A stretch of DNA of 24,000 bases from Terriglobia bacterium (lineage in GTDB: Bacteria; Acidobacteriota; Terriglobia; UBA7540), in NCBI GenBank assembly GCA_036278995.1, contig DASUJZ010000101.1, positions 57,631 to 81,630 on the forward strand, written 5' to 3'. Made by a program: the position numbers and the translations under genes. Of the stretch, positions 8,498-17,408 are shown one piece after another. Position 1 is the stretch's first letter. The number at the start of each line of letters is the position of its first letter. The notes beneath the pieces are model-generated. The model saw only the letters and a list, made by a program, of their open reading frames with translations. It ran no database searches and was not told the origin of the DNA.

Positions 8498-10006
8498 TCA
8501 AGTGTTCGATGGAGGTTCGGAGGCCAGATCGATCGCTGGCACGCTGATGGAGGTTGTTTTAAAGGGGCCATTGCGGGCAAAGTTGAGCCGCTCGCTTCGC
8601 AACCGGAGAAACTCGACGCCTTCATGGTACAGGCGCTTCCGCTCATCTTTGTCCCACAGCGCCTTGCGCACGATTCGCCACACCACGCGTGGCCTGAAGT
8701 AATACTCATCATAAAAACGGTTGACGGCGTCCATCATCTGCGCGGTGGTCAGGCCCGGATACTGGATGTGCGGCAATTGGTGGCCGCTGGTGTCGGACAT
8801 GGGAAGACTCACCAGGTGGCCGGCTTGCAACAACTGGTTGTACATCTCCGTCCCCGGGTAGCCGTGCGCGAGGGAAACCTGGATGGTTTCCGAGTCGAGT
8901 TCCCTGGCAAAATCGATGGTGCGCTGAATGGTTTCCGGGGTCTCACCCGGCAATCCGATGATGAAGTCAGCGTGGATTGCGATGCCGAGCTTCTTACAGT
9001 TTTTCGCAAACCTGCGGCCCATTTCCGCCGTTGCGCCCTTCTTGATGTTCTTCAGGATCTGGTCATCACCGGATTCGAAGCCCACAATTAAGAGGCGGGC
9101 GCCTCCGTCAGCCATGGCTTTCAGCGTCTCGTAGTCGCTGTGGACGCGGGCCGTGCAGGACCACCTGAAGCCCAACGGCTTGAACTTCTTTGAAAGTTCG
9201 ATGACACGGTCTTTGCGGATATTGAAAGTATCGTCATCGAAGAAAAACTCCTTTGCCTGCGGGAATAGCTTAAGCGCCTGCCGGATTTCCGTCGCGACGT
9301 TATCTACCGAACGTGTGCGCCACGCGTGGCCGGAAAGGGTCTGCGGCCACAGACAGAAGGTGCAAAGGGCGGGACAGCCGCGTGAAGAATAGAAAGAGAC
9401 GAAGGGATGAAGCAGAAACGGAACGTTGTAATTCTCAATGGTCAGGTTGCGCTTGTAAACCTCTGTGGCGAACGGCAGGCGGTCCAGGTCTTCGGTCTGC
9501 AGTTCCTTTCGCGGCGGGTTGTGGATGATTTTTCCATCCTTGCGATAACTCGCACCGGGAATTTCGCTGAGCGGCTTACCCTGCGCAAACTCCACTACTG
9601 CATAATCAAATTCGCCGCGCACAATAAAATCGATATCGTCGCTGGCCATTAAACTCTGATCGGGCTTCACCTGCACCGGCGGCCCCACAAAAGCTATCTG
9701 AAGGCTCGGCTTCGCCTCTTTCATCCGGCGGGCAAGCTCGAGGTCGTTCTCGAAACCGACAGCGGACGTGAAAAGGACGACGAATTCATAGTCCCTGGCG
9801 ATTTCGACGGTCTGCTGAGGAGTGACTTTGTGCGGAGGAGCATCGAGCAGGCGGCTGCCGGGCAGCATTCCCGCGGGATAGGTGAGCCAGACGGGATACC
9901 AATACGACTCAATCTCGCGTGTTGCGGGCCACCTCGAACTTGCGCCCCCATCAAACTTCTCGAAACTCGGAGGATTCAGCAACAGCGTCTTCAAAACAGA
10001 CACCAT
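8498..10006 (-). CDS. hpnJ: Hopanoid-associated B12-binding radical SAM protein HpnJ (cyclitol-ether forming enzyme family)
   Basis: 502 aa. The N-terminus LKTLLLNPPSFEKFDGGASSRWPATREIESYWYPVWLTYPAGML matches the HpnJ-family N-terminus as I remember it (..APSF.GFDGGAGSRYQA.REI.SFWYPTWLA). The radical SAM CxxxCxxC motif is present (SSRGCPALCTFCLWP), preceded by a B12-binding-like Rossmann segment. AAGGGAG lies just upstream of the ATG (revcomp of 10009-10015). It is adjacent to HpnI-type GTs and faces the shc operon. Confidence 0.75.
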   Translation of the reverse strand: MVSVLKTLLLNPPSFEKFDGGASSRWPATREIESYWYPVWLTYPAGMLPGSRLLDAPPHKVTPQQTVEIARDYEFVVLFTSAVGFENDLELARRMKEAKPSLQIAFVGPPVQVKPDQSLMASDDIDFIVRGEFDYAVVEFAQGKPLSEIPGASYRKDGKIIHNPPRKELQTEDLDRLPFATEVYKRNLTIENYNVPFLLHPFVSFYSSRGCPALCTFCLWPQTLSGHAWRTRSVDNVATEIRQALKLFPQAKEFFFDDDTFNIRKDRVIELSKKFKPLGFRWSCTARVHSDYETLKAMADGGARLLIVGFESGDDQILKNIKKGATAEMGRRFAKNCKKLGIAIHADFIIGLPGETPETIQRTIDFARELDSETIQVSLAHGYPGTEMYNQLLQAGHLVSLPMSDTSGHQLPHIQYPGLTTAQMMDAVNRFYDEYYFRPRVVWRIVRKALWDKDERKRLYHEGVEFLRLRSERLNFARNGPFKTTSISVPAIDLASEPPSNT

Positions 10007-10215
10007 ACAGACTCCCTTCTATTGCATCCCGATGCTACGAGGCTGTCTAACTCCCACCACGCATTGTACCCGAAAGGCTATAACTTCTTTTGAATTTACT
10101 TTGCTGTAAAACGGGGTCCTATCCGCAAACGTCCCGCCTACGATTCTAACGCCTTGCACCGAAACTGGCTACCCACTTGTGACGCGCCACCGATTTCAGC
10201 CATCCGCCTGTATGG

Positions 10216-11214
10216 CTAATTCGCACCCAGGCGCTTGAGAGCGTCGCGGGCCGCCTGATTGTCAGGGCTCAGCCGGAGAGCCGACCGGTATTGCTCGATC
10301 GCCTGCTCCTTCCGCCCCCACATTTCATAGATGCGCCCCAGCCAGTCATGCGCCGCCGCGTGCGGCGGAAAATCGTCGCGCCGCGGAGTTCCGGCCAGGT
10401 ACGCCTTCAGGTCCTGCTCCGCCCCTTCGAGGTCACTGCGCTTCATAACGCTGGCCACGGCGCTGTAGTAATTCACGCGCGGATCTTTGGGTACGATCGA
10501 AGCCACCGCCCGGACAGCGGCATCCACTTGCGCCGGCTTCTGATCAGCCTCGTAAAAGTCCGCAATCTGAAAGTAGGCATCAGCCTGCTGCGGTCGCGCT
10601 TTCAGGACCTTTCCATACTCCTTATCGGCCAAGTCCGGCCTGTTCAAGTCACGCCAATAGATGCCGCGCGCGAGATTGCCTTCTGTGGCGTCACGGGAAG
10701 CAATGGCTTGCACCTGGTCCTCGGCTTTATCCCTGCTCCCACCCAGTATCCACGGAGCCTGAAGATAGAACTCCATTAAATCGCGCCGGGCGGCAAGGTT
10801 GTCGGGATCCAGATGGATGGCTCTCTGATATTCCACCTTTGCCTTTCGGGCAAGCCAGAAGCTACGATCCGTATCGGCTTTCATGCCGTAAGAGCGCGCC
10901 AACCAGAAGTGCGATTCTGAGCAGTCGGGAGACAAATTAACGGCGCGTTCGCCGAAGGCCACTGCCTTGTCATAATTGCCCAGATCCAGGAAGGAACGCG
11001 CCAGCCACAGCGTGGCTTGGGCATCCTTGGGATTGTTTGCCACGTGTCGCTGGAGAACCAAGGCCGCCTCGGCATACTTCCCCGCGTCCAGGTCATTAGC
11101 AATTGCCGGGCGAGCGGGGCAGGGGCTGGTCGAGGAGTGACCTGAAGCCCATCCGCGCGCAAGCGCGCAAATACAGAGCAACGCCGCAAAAATTTTTATT
11201 TTCAAAGAATGCAT
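10216..11214 (-). CDS. Secreted/lipoprotein-like tetratricopeptide (TPR) repeat protein
   Basis: 332 aa. It has a signal peptide MHSLKIKIFAALLCICALARG. Repeated TPR-like units follow (AQATLWLARSFLDLGNYDKAVAFGERAVNLSPD; HFWLARSYG...YQRAIHLDPDN; AHDWLGRIYEMWGRKEQAIEQYRSALRLSPDN). Function unknown. Confidence 0.7.
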   Translation of the reverse strand: MHSLKIKIFAALLCICALARGWASGHSSTSPCPARPAIANDLDAGKYAEAALVLQRHVANNPKDAQATLWLARSFLDLGNYDKAVAFGERAVNLSPDCSESHFWLARSYGMKADTDRSFWLARKAKVEYQRAIHLDPDNLAARRDLMEFYLQAPWILGGSRDKAEDQVQAIASRDATEGNLARGIYWRDLNRPDLADKEYGKVLKARPQQADAYFQIADFYEADQKPAQVDAAVRAVASIVPKDPRVNYYSAVASVMKRSDLEGAEQDLKAYLAGTPRRDDFPPHAAAHDWLGRIYEMWGRKEQAIEQYRSALRLSPDNQAARDALKRLGAN

Positions 11215-11524
11215 AGTTAAAGGGTCGGCCGGTTTGGGCTAGGAAGTAACCTGAGGTAGGCCTCCGTTGTGGGAACAATCCATAATCGGGTTATTGTACC
11301 AAAAGTCTCGGCAAGATGTATAGACAGTAAATGCACGACAATCGAACCCCCTCGGAAATTTGATGCATCGTTTTATCAAACGGCTACATCAATCAATCTG
11401 GAGGTTAGATGCGCCGGGCGGCCAGGAAAGCAGTACCGAACCTCTGCTTATCTTGACGGTGCGGAAAGACCATGAGAGGATTATCTTTAGAGGGTATGTA
11501 GCAGGAAAGGATGATGTCAAAACA

Positions 11525-12493
11525 ATGAACGTGGCTCCTCACGTTGAGAACTCTGTCCGCGCTGAACCAAGAACTTTGATGCTGTTACGACCCAGGGGCT
11601 TTTGCGCGGGTGTGATCCGCGCGATTGACGTTGTCCGCATGGTTCTCGACAAACTGGGACCTCCCGTTTATGTGCGCCGGGAGATTGTTCACAACCGCTA
11701 CGTTGTGGACGAACTGGCCGGCCAGGGCGCCATATTCGTTGAAAATCTGGAAGAGGTGCCGACAGGAGCAGCGGTTATTTTCAGCGCGCATGGAGTCTCC
11801 CCTGCAGTGCGCGAAGAAGCGCGCGCCCGGCAGCTCCGCATCATTGACGCCACCTGCCCGCTGGTGACCAAGGTCCATCTGGAGGTGATCCGGTACGCCC
11901 GCGAAAAATACACCATTGTCCTTATTGGCCATCGCGACCACGATGAAATGATCGGCACGCTGGGGGAAGCCCCCGAGTCCATCCAGTTGATTTGCTCGGT
12001 GGAAGACGTGGAGGCGCTGGACCCACCCGATCCCAACCGGATTGTGTATTTGACGCAGACCACATTGAGTCTGGATGATACCGCGGAAATCGTCGAGCGG
12101 CTCAAATACCGATTTCCTGCCATTATCGGGCCGCCGGGACAGGATATATGCTACGCCACACAGAACCGGCAGATGGCCGTCAAGGCCATTGCCCCCAAGG
12201 CTGATGGAATCCTCGTGGTGGGAGCCCAGAATAGTTCCAATTCGAACCGGCTGGTGGAAGTTGCCCGGCGGGGAGGGACGATGGCCTACTTGATCGGCAA
12301 CGCTGACGACATCCTTCCGGAATGGGTGAGCGGCCAGCGACGTATCGGTGTCACCGCAGGCGCGTCCACGCCGGAAGTGCTGGTTCGGCAGGTCGTCGAC
12401 CGGCTGAAGGAATGGGGCTTTACGCGAGTAGAGGAAGTAGAGTGGATCGAAGAAGACGTCCGGTTTGCCCTGCCTGCGGAATTGAAGGTCTAA
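11525..12493 (+). CDS. ispH: 4-hydroxy-3-methylbut-2-enyl diphosphate reductase (IspH/LytB)
   Basis: The three conserved Cys contexts are present: PRGFCAGVIRAI, IDATCPLVTKVH and DICYATQNRQ. The SSNSNRL and VTAGASTPE blocks are also present. The track ORF starts at 11360, but its first 55 codons fall in a lower-GC, non-homologous stretch. ATG 11525 (MNVAPH...) or ATG 11579 (MLLRPRGFCAGV, which matches the E. coli-type N-terminus) are the realistic starts. Confidence 0.9.
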   Translation: MNVAPHVENSVRAEPRTLMLLRPRGFCAGVIRAIDVVRMVLDKLGPPVYVRREIVHNRYVVDELAGQGAIFVENLEEVPTGAAVIFSAHGVSPAVREEARARQLRIIDATCPLVTKVHLEVIRYAREKYTIVLIGHRDHDEMIGTLGEAPESIQLICSVEDVEALDPPDPNRIVYLTQTTLSLDDTAEIVERLKYRFPAIIGPPGQDICYATQNRQMAVKAIAPKADGILVVGAQNSSNSNRLVEVARRGGTMAYLIGNADDILPEWVSGQRRIGVTAGASTPEVLVRQVVDRLKEWGFTRVEEVEWIEEDVRFALPAELKV

Positions 12494-12515
12494 AGGCGCA
12501 TAGTGAGTACGCGGG

Positions 12516-14558
12516 GTGTTCATGACACAGGAAGCGGGAGTTGAGCTCGAACCGTTCAAAAACGGCCGTGCGGTTGGAGCAGTGGATGCTGGCCTCGATC
12601 AGCGTGTACGACGGGCGGTTGACAGCGCGACCGAGCATCTGCTTTCCTTGCAATCGCCGGAGGGCTACTGGGTCGGCGAACTACAGGCTGACTCCACCCT
12701 GGAATCCGACTATATATTTTTTCTCTACGTGGCCGGCCAGTTTGCCCCGGGGCGCATCGCGAAGCTATCGAACTACATCCGCCGCAGACAGCTCCCGGAT
12801 GGTGGATGGAATATCTATCAGGGCGGCCCTTCCGAGCTCAATGCCACTGTCAAAGCTTACGTCGCGCTCAAGCTGGCCGGTAACTCGCCTGAGGAGCCTC
12901 ACATGGTGGCTGCCCGCCAGAGGATCCATGACCTCGGTGGGCTTGAAGAGACCAACTCGTACACGCGTTTTTACCTGGCGCTGGGTGGCGCCCTCGAATG
13001 GAAGCACGTGCCGGCAATTCCCCCGGAGTTAATGCTTTCGCCGTGCTGGTTCTTCTTCAACGTTTACTCCCTGTCATCGTGGACGCGGGCGATCGTGGTG
13101 CCGCTCACGATCCTTTATGCTCTGCGCCCGCCGTGGGGTTTGCCGGAGCACGCGCGCGTTGATGAGCTTTTTCGCAATCCCTCGAGACATATTCCGGTCT
13201 TTGACTGGGACCGAAAGATCATCACCTGGCGAAATCTGTTTCTGGCCATTGACCGTCTGTTCAAACTGCACGAATCCCTCCCCTGGAGACCTTTCCGCAA
13301 GATGGCGCTTGCGCGGGCGCAGAACTGGCTGCTGGAACACCTGGAGCGGAGCGAGGGGCTGGGGGCTATTTACCCGGCCATGCTCAACTCGCTCTTTGCC
13401 TTGCTGGCTATGGGGTATCCGGCTGACGATCCCCTAACGACACGTGAACTCGAACATCTGCGCGGCTTCGAGGTTGAAAAGGGCGACACGATCTCTCTTC
13501 AACCATGCCTCTCACCGGTCTGGGACACCGCAATTGCAATGTACTCGCTGGAGGAGGCGGGGCTGCCTTCAGATCATCCGGCCCTGGTCAATGCCGCGCG
13601 GTGGCTGCTCGATCGACAAATTGTCGGTCCCGGCGACTGGCAAGTTAAGAACCAGGACGCTCCTCCGGGAGGCTGGGCGTTTGAATTTCGGAATGATTTT
13701 TATCCCGACGTAGACGACGCCTCCTTTGTGATGATGGCGCTGCAACGGGTTGCCTACCCGGACAAGCTCCGGCTTGAGCATGCACTCCGGCGCGGATGCC
13801 GGTGGCTGGTCAGCATGCAGAACCGCGACGGCGGCTGGGGCGCCTTCGACCGCGACAACGATTGCGCAGTGCTTACGCGTGTGCCCTTTGCTGATCACAA
13901 TGCCATGATTGATCCCTCAACTGCGGATGTCACCGCGCGGGTGCTGGAGTGCATCGCGCACCTAGGGTGGCCGGCTTCCCACCCCGTGGTGCAGCGCGCG
14001 CTCGACTATCTGCGGAAGGAGCAGACGGCAGAAGGCGCCTGGTACGGACGCTGGGGTGTGAACTACGTCTATGGAACCAGCGGTGTCCTGCGGATGCTGG
14101 AAGCGTTCGACCTAGGCAAGACCCCGGAAGCCCAGAAGGGGTCTGACTGGCTCTGTTCCGTTCAGAATCGAGGGGGTGGTTTTGGAGAATCATGCGCCTC
14201 CTACGACGATCCTTCCCTGAAGGGAAGAGGGCCCTGCACACCCTCGCAAACCGCATGGGGCTTGATCGGGTTGCTGGCAACCCGCAGCGTCGATGATCCG
14301 GCCGTCATCAATGCCGTGCAGTATCTGCTGGATGAACAAACCGAGGAGGGATTCTGGAAAGAAAGCGAGTTTACGGGGACCGGCTTCCCGAGTGTCTTCT
14401 ATCTTCGTTACACCCTCTACCGCAATACCTTCCCACTTTATGCGTTGGCACACTATCAGAACCTCCGCCTCAAAAGGGAGCAGACGGACTCCATTAGCGT
14501 TTCGCCAGCCGAATTCGAGCGGCATAATGGAAATGGAAAGAAAAACGGGAGGAATTGA
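12516..14558 (+). CDS. shc: Squalene-hopene cyclase
   Basis: 680 aa. The catalytic DxDD motif is in FYPDVDDASFVMMAL (DVDD = 13707-13718). There are multiple QW-type repeats (RRQLPDGGWNIYQGG; SMQNRDGGWGAFD; KEQTAEGAWYGRWG; SVQNRGGGFGES; DEQTEEGFWKE). GTG at 12516; ATG at 12522 is an alternative start. Confidence 0.95.
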   Translation: MFMTQEAGVELEPFKNGRAVGAVDAGLDQRVRRAVDSATEHLLSLQSPEGYWVGELQADSTLESDYIFFLYVAGQFAPGRIAKLSNYIRRRQLPDGGWNIYQGGPSELNATVKAYVALKLAGNSPEEPHMVAARQRIHDLGGLEETNSYTRFYLALGGALEWKHVPAIPPELMLSPCWFFFNVYSLSSWTRAIVVPLTILYALRPPWGLPEHARVDELFRNPSRHIPVFDWDRKIITWRNLFLAIDRLFKLHESLPWRPFRKMALARAQNWLLEHLERSEGLGAIYPAMLNSLFALLAMGYPADDPLTTRELEHLRGFEVEKGDTISLQPCLSPVWDTAIAMYSLEEAGLPSDHPALVNAARWLLDRQIVGPGDWQVKNQDAPPGGWAFEFRNDFYPDVDDASFVMMALQRVAYPDKLRLEHALRRGCRWLVSMQNRDGGWGAFDRDNDCAVLTRVPFADHNAMIDPSTADVTARVLECIAHLGWPASHPVVQRALDYLRKEQTAEGAWYGRWGVNYVYGTSGVLRMLEAFDLGKTPEAQKGSDWLCSVQNRGGGFGESCASYDDPSLKGRGPCTPSQTAWGLIGLLATRSVDDPAVINAVQYLLDEQTEEGFWKESEFTGTGFPSVFYLRYTLYRNTFPLYALAHYQNLRLKREQTDSISVSPAEFERHNGNGKKNGRN

Positions 14559-15607
14559 TGAGATTTCCGCTCAGTTTGACGGCAAATCTGAGTACCTACA
14601 TAGCTGGAAAGAGACTTCATCGCGTTGATAAATTTCCTTTGGTCATGATGCTGGAACCGCTGCATGCCTGCAATCTAACCTGCACGGGATGTGGACGCAT
14701 TCGAGAATACAAAGATACCATCCGCGACAAGCTGACCGTCGAGCAGTGCCTCAACGCAGTGGATGAGTGCGGCGCACCTGTCGTTTCCATTTGCGGCGGC
14801 GAGCCGATGATCTATCCTGACCTGCCGCGCCTGGTGAGTGAGATCCTGGACCGCAAAAAAAACATCTACCTGTGCACCAACGGGATGTTCATTCGAAAGC
14901 GTCTTCAGGATTACAAGCCCACCTCACGGATGTTCTTCAACATCCATCTGGACGGCATGGAGGCTACTCACGACCTCTGCGTGGAACGCAAAGGGGTCTT
15001 CCGCGAGGCCGTCGCGGCCATCAAGTTCGCCAAAGACCGCGGCTTCCAGGTGTGTACCAACACAACTATTTACAAGCAGACTGACCTGAACGAGATCGCA
15101 GAGCTGTTCGAATTCCTGCGGGGCCTCGGTGTGGACGGGCACATGCTTTCACCGGCCTATTCCTATCTTGCTGTCCAGACCAAAGAAATCTTCATGTCTC
15201 GCCAGGAAATTCATGCCAAGTTTCGCGAGGCCAGCCGGCTGTTGGAAAAATATTGCGTGATGACTTCGCCAATCTATCTGGAATATCTACGCGGCGAGCG
15301 CGAACTGGAATGTACGGCCTGGGGCAATCCTACTTACAATCCGCGCGGCTGGAAGGGGCCGTGCTACCTGATCACTGACGGGCATTACGCCACCTTCAAG
15401 GAGTTTATGGAATCCACGCCCTGGGAAAACTACGGCCCAGGGAAGGATCCTCGATGCGAACACTGTATGGTCCACGTGGGCTTTGAACCTTCCGCGGTGC
15501 TGGGCGCCAACCGCAACTTCCCCGATACCTGGAAACTCCTCAGATGGCAGCTTACAAAACCGAAGGGCGGACACAACAGCAACAGTGCCCTTTACGCGAA
15601 TGGATGA
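14558..15607 (+). CDS. hpnH: Adenosylhopane synthase, radical SAM protein HpnH
   Basis: The N-terminus MRFPLSLTANLSTYIAGKRL...FPLVMMLEPLHACNLTCTGCGRIREY carries CxxxCxxC, and the C-terminal Cys-rich region is CYLITDGHY...DPRCEHCMVHVGFEP. ATG 14558 overlaps the shc stop (TGATG) and is preceded by GGGAGGA (14547-14553). The track start TTG 14555 is one codon longer. Confidence 0.9.
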   Translation: MRFPLSLTANLSTYIAGKRLHRVDKFPLVMMLEPLHACNLTCTGCGRIREYKDTIRDKLTVEQCLNAVDECGAPVVSICGGEPMIYPDLPRLVSEILDRKKNIYLCTNGMFIRKRLQDYKPTSRMFFNIHLDGMEATHDLCVERKGVFREAVAAIKFAKDRGFQVCTNTTIYKQTDLNEIAELFEFLRGLGVDGHMLSPAYSYLAVQTKEIFMSRQEIHAKFREASRLLEKYCVMTSPIYLEYLRGERELECTAWGNPTYNPRGWKGPCYLITDGHYATFKEFMESTPWENYGPGKDPRCEHCMVHVGFEPSAVLGANRNFPDTWKLLRWQLTKPKGGHNSNSALYANG

Positions 15608-16656
15608 CCGGGATGACTTCTCTTGTAACAGGGGCAAGCGGATTTGTGGGCAGCCACGTAGCGCGGATGCTGGCTGATCGTGGCGATCAGGTCCGCGTTC
15701 TGGTGCGGCCGCAAAGCAGCCTTTTCGCGCTTGAAGGAGTACCGGTAGAAACGGTCTTCGGCGACCTGCGAGATGCCAGCTCGCTGGGCGCTGCTGTCGA
15801 AGGCGTCGATCGAGTCTTTCATGTTGCAGCCGATTATCGGCTGGGCGCTACCCGTCCTCAGGAAATCTACGATTCCAACGTAACCGGCACGCGAAATCTG
15901 CTGGAAACAGCAGGCAGGGAGAAGGTTCAGCGAATTATCGTTACGAGCAGCATCGCCACCATTGCGGTGGACCGCGGCTTGACCTTGCCGAACGAGGCAA
16001 CTGAGGCGCGCGTCGAGGAGATGATTGGTCATTACAAGCGCTCAAAATTCCTCGCCGAGAAGGAAGCGCTGAAGGCGGCACGCGAAGGCATGCCGGTGGT
16101 GATTGTCAACCCCACCACTCCGGTCGGTCCGGGTGACTGGAAGCCGACGCCGACTGGACGCATTATCGTGGACTTTCTAAACGGCAGGATTCCGGCATAC
16201 GTGGAAACCGGTCTCAACTGGGTACCGGTTGAAGATGTTGCGGTTGGGCACTGGCTGGCCGCGGAGCGCGGGCGCGTCGGCGAGCGGTACATCCTCGGCG
16301 GCCGCAACATGCTGCTGAAAGAAGTTCTCGACATCCTGGCGCGAATCAGCGGACGCACCAGCCCTCGCCTTCGCCTGCCGCATTCTGTCGCCATGGCAGC
16401 AGGTTACGCTGACCACATCTTTTCACGCATCGTTAACCGTCCGCCACGAATCCCGCTGGAGGGGGTTCGGATGGCCCGGCACAAGATGTTCGTGGACTGC
16501 TCAAAAGCTTCCGCCGAGCTTGGTTTCAAGGCTGGCCCGGTGGAGGCCGCACTGGAAAGGGCAGTCGCTTGGTACCTACAGCGCGGTTACGCCAACAATA
16601 ACCATCCTGCGACAAGCTTCGAACGGGCGGCATTAGCAAGCCGTGAACGGAAATGA
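15604..16656 (+). CDS. hpnA: Hopanoid-associated NAD(P)-dependent sugar epimerase/reductase (extended SDR) HpnA
   Basis: Rossmann motif LVTGASGFVGSHVARML, followed by GDLRD..SL, VFHVAADYRL and YKRSKFLAE (YxxxK). ATG 15604 overlaps the hpnH stop (ATGA, 15604-15607); ATG 15613 is an alternative. The track ORF from 15544 would overlap hpnH by 64 nt and adds no homologous sequence. Confidence 0.8.
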   Translation: MTGMTSLVTGASGFVGSHVARMLADRGDQVRVLVRPQSSLFALEGVPVETVFGDLRDASSLGAAVEGVDRVFHVAADYRLGATRPQEIYDSNVTGTRNLLETAGREKVQRIIVTSSIATIAVDRGLTLPNEATEARVEEMIGHYKRSKFLAEKEALKAAREGMPVVIVNPTTPVGPGDWKPTPTGRIIVDFLNGRIPAYVETGLNWVPVEDVAVGHWLAAERGRVGERYILGGRNMLLKEVLDILARISGRTSPRLRLPHSVAMAAGYADHIFSRIVNRPPRIPLEGVRMARHKMFVDCSKASAELGFKAGPVEAALERAVAWYLQRGYANNNHPATSFERAALASRERK

Positions 16657-17408
16657 AAATTCTAGCGACATTTGCGGTGGAGTGGGAATTTAAACCCTGG
16701 CGTCGCCTGGGAAAATTTCAACCAACTCGCGGCAACGGTCGGGTCTTTTTTGCACAAGCGGCCGGGAATGAGATCACGGTCGTCCTCACCGGAATCGGAG
16801 CGGCGAACGCGGCGCGGGCCATCAGAAGTTTGGTCGATTACCAGCCGGACATCTGTATCGCGTCGGGACTGGCAGGCGGACTGAAACCCAAACACCGCTC
16901 GGGAGAAATTCTGGCTGCAAGGAGAGTCCGAGCAGAAAGCGCCAGAATCTCATACGAAAGTGCCGAGGCTCTTTTCAGCGCTGCCGTTGAGTGCGGAGCA
17001 AAACCGGTGGACCAATTTATTTCCAGCGGGCATGTGATTCGTACGGCGCAGGAGAAATTCTGCCTCGGAGTTGCAGCGGACGCAGTTGAGATGGAAACTT
17101 GTGCCGTGATGAAGGAAATGCATGCGCTGGGCGTGCCCTGCGTCGCCGTCCGAGCCATCGCCGATCCCGCGGGCATGGACATACCTTGCGACTTTGACCG
17201 CGCTATGGATGACTCGGGACACATCCGGATTGTCCAGGTCTTGAGTCAGGTTGCTGGTGATCCGCGACGAGTCTGGCCGCTCGCGCAGTTGGGCTTGAGA
17301 AGTACGCGCGCCGCCACAGCGCTTGCCCGATACCTTGAGGGTTTCACAACCTGGTTGGCCGGACATATAGAGATAACGGACCTGAGCGTCCAAACAATCA
17401 GCCAATGA
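16653..17408 (+). CDS. hpnG: Hopanoid-associated nucleosidase/phosphorylase HpnG (adenosylhopane to ribosylhopane)
   Basis: 251 aa with PNP_UDP_1-like blocks: VVLTGIGAANAARA, IASGLAGGL, DAVEMETCAV, VAVRAIADPA. Its ATG overlaps the hpnA stop (ATGA, 16653-16656). The position after hpnH/hpnA fits the hpn cluster context. Confidence 0.75.
   Translation: MKILATFAVEWEFKPWRRLGKFQPTRGNGRVFFAQAAGNEITVVLTGIGAANAARAIRSLVDYQPDICIASGLAGGLKPKHRSGEILAARRVRAESARISYESAEALFSAAVECGAKPVDQFISSGHVIRTAQEKFCLGVAADAVEMETCAVMKEMHALGVPCVAVRAIADPAGMDIPCDFDRAMDDSGHIRIVQVLSQVAGDPRRVWPLAQLGLRSTRAATALARYLEGFTTWLAGHIEITDLSVQTISQ

Noticed and set aside
10063-10068. TACAAT (minus strand), considered as the -10 element for the hpnJ operon
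   Set aside because: There is no acceptable -35 hexamer at 16-19 nt spacing (the best is AAAAGA). A single hexamer match is expected by chance.
10198-10217. Hairpin AGCCAT-N8-ATGGCT overlapping the TPR gene stop, considered as a terminator
   Set aside because: The stem is only 6 bp and is not followed by a T-tract on the transcribed (minus) strand. This is not enough to call a terminator.
11360-11524. 55-codon N-terminal extension of ispH in the track ORF
   Set aside because: The extension falls in a lower-GC stretch with no similarity to IspH N-termini. IspH proteins normally begin a few residues before PRGFCAGV.
11585-12559. 324-aa minus-strand ORF
   Set aside because: Antisense to ispH, whose identity is supported by all three conserved Cys motifs. 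The composition is shadow-ORF-like.
15544-15603. 20-codon N-terminal extension of hpnA overlapping hpnH by 64 nt
   Set aside because: An ATG at 15604 forms a classic ATGA overlap with the hpnH stop and sits just before the GxxGxxG motif. The long overlap is unnecessary.
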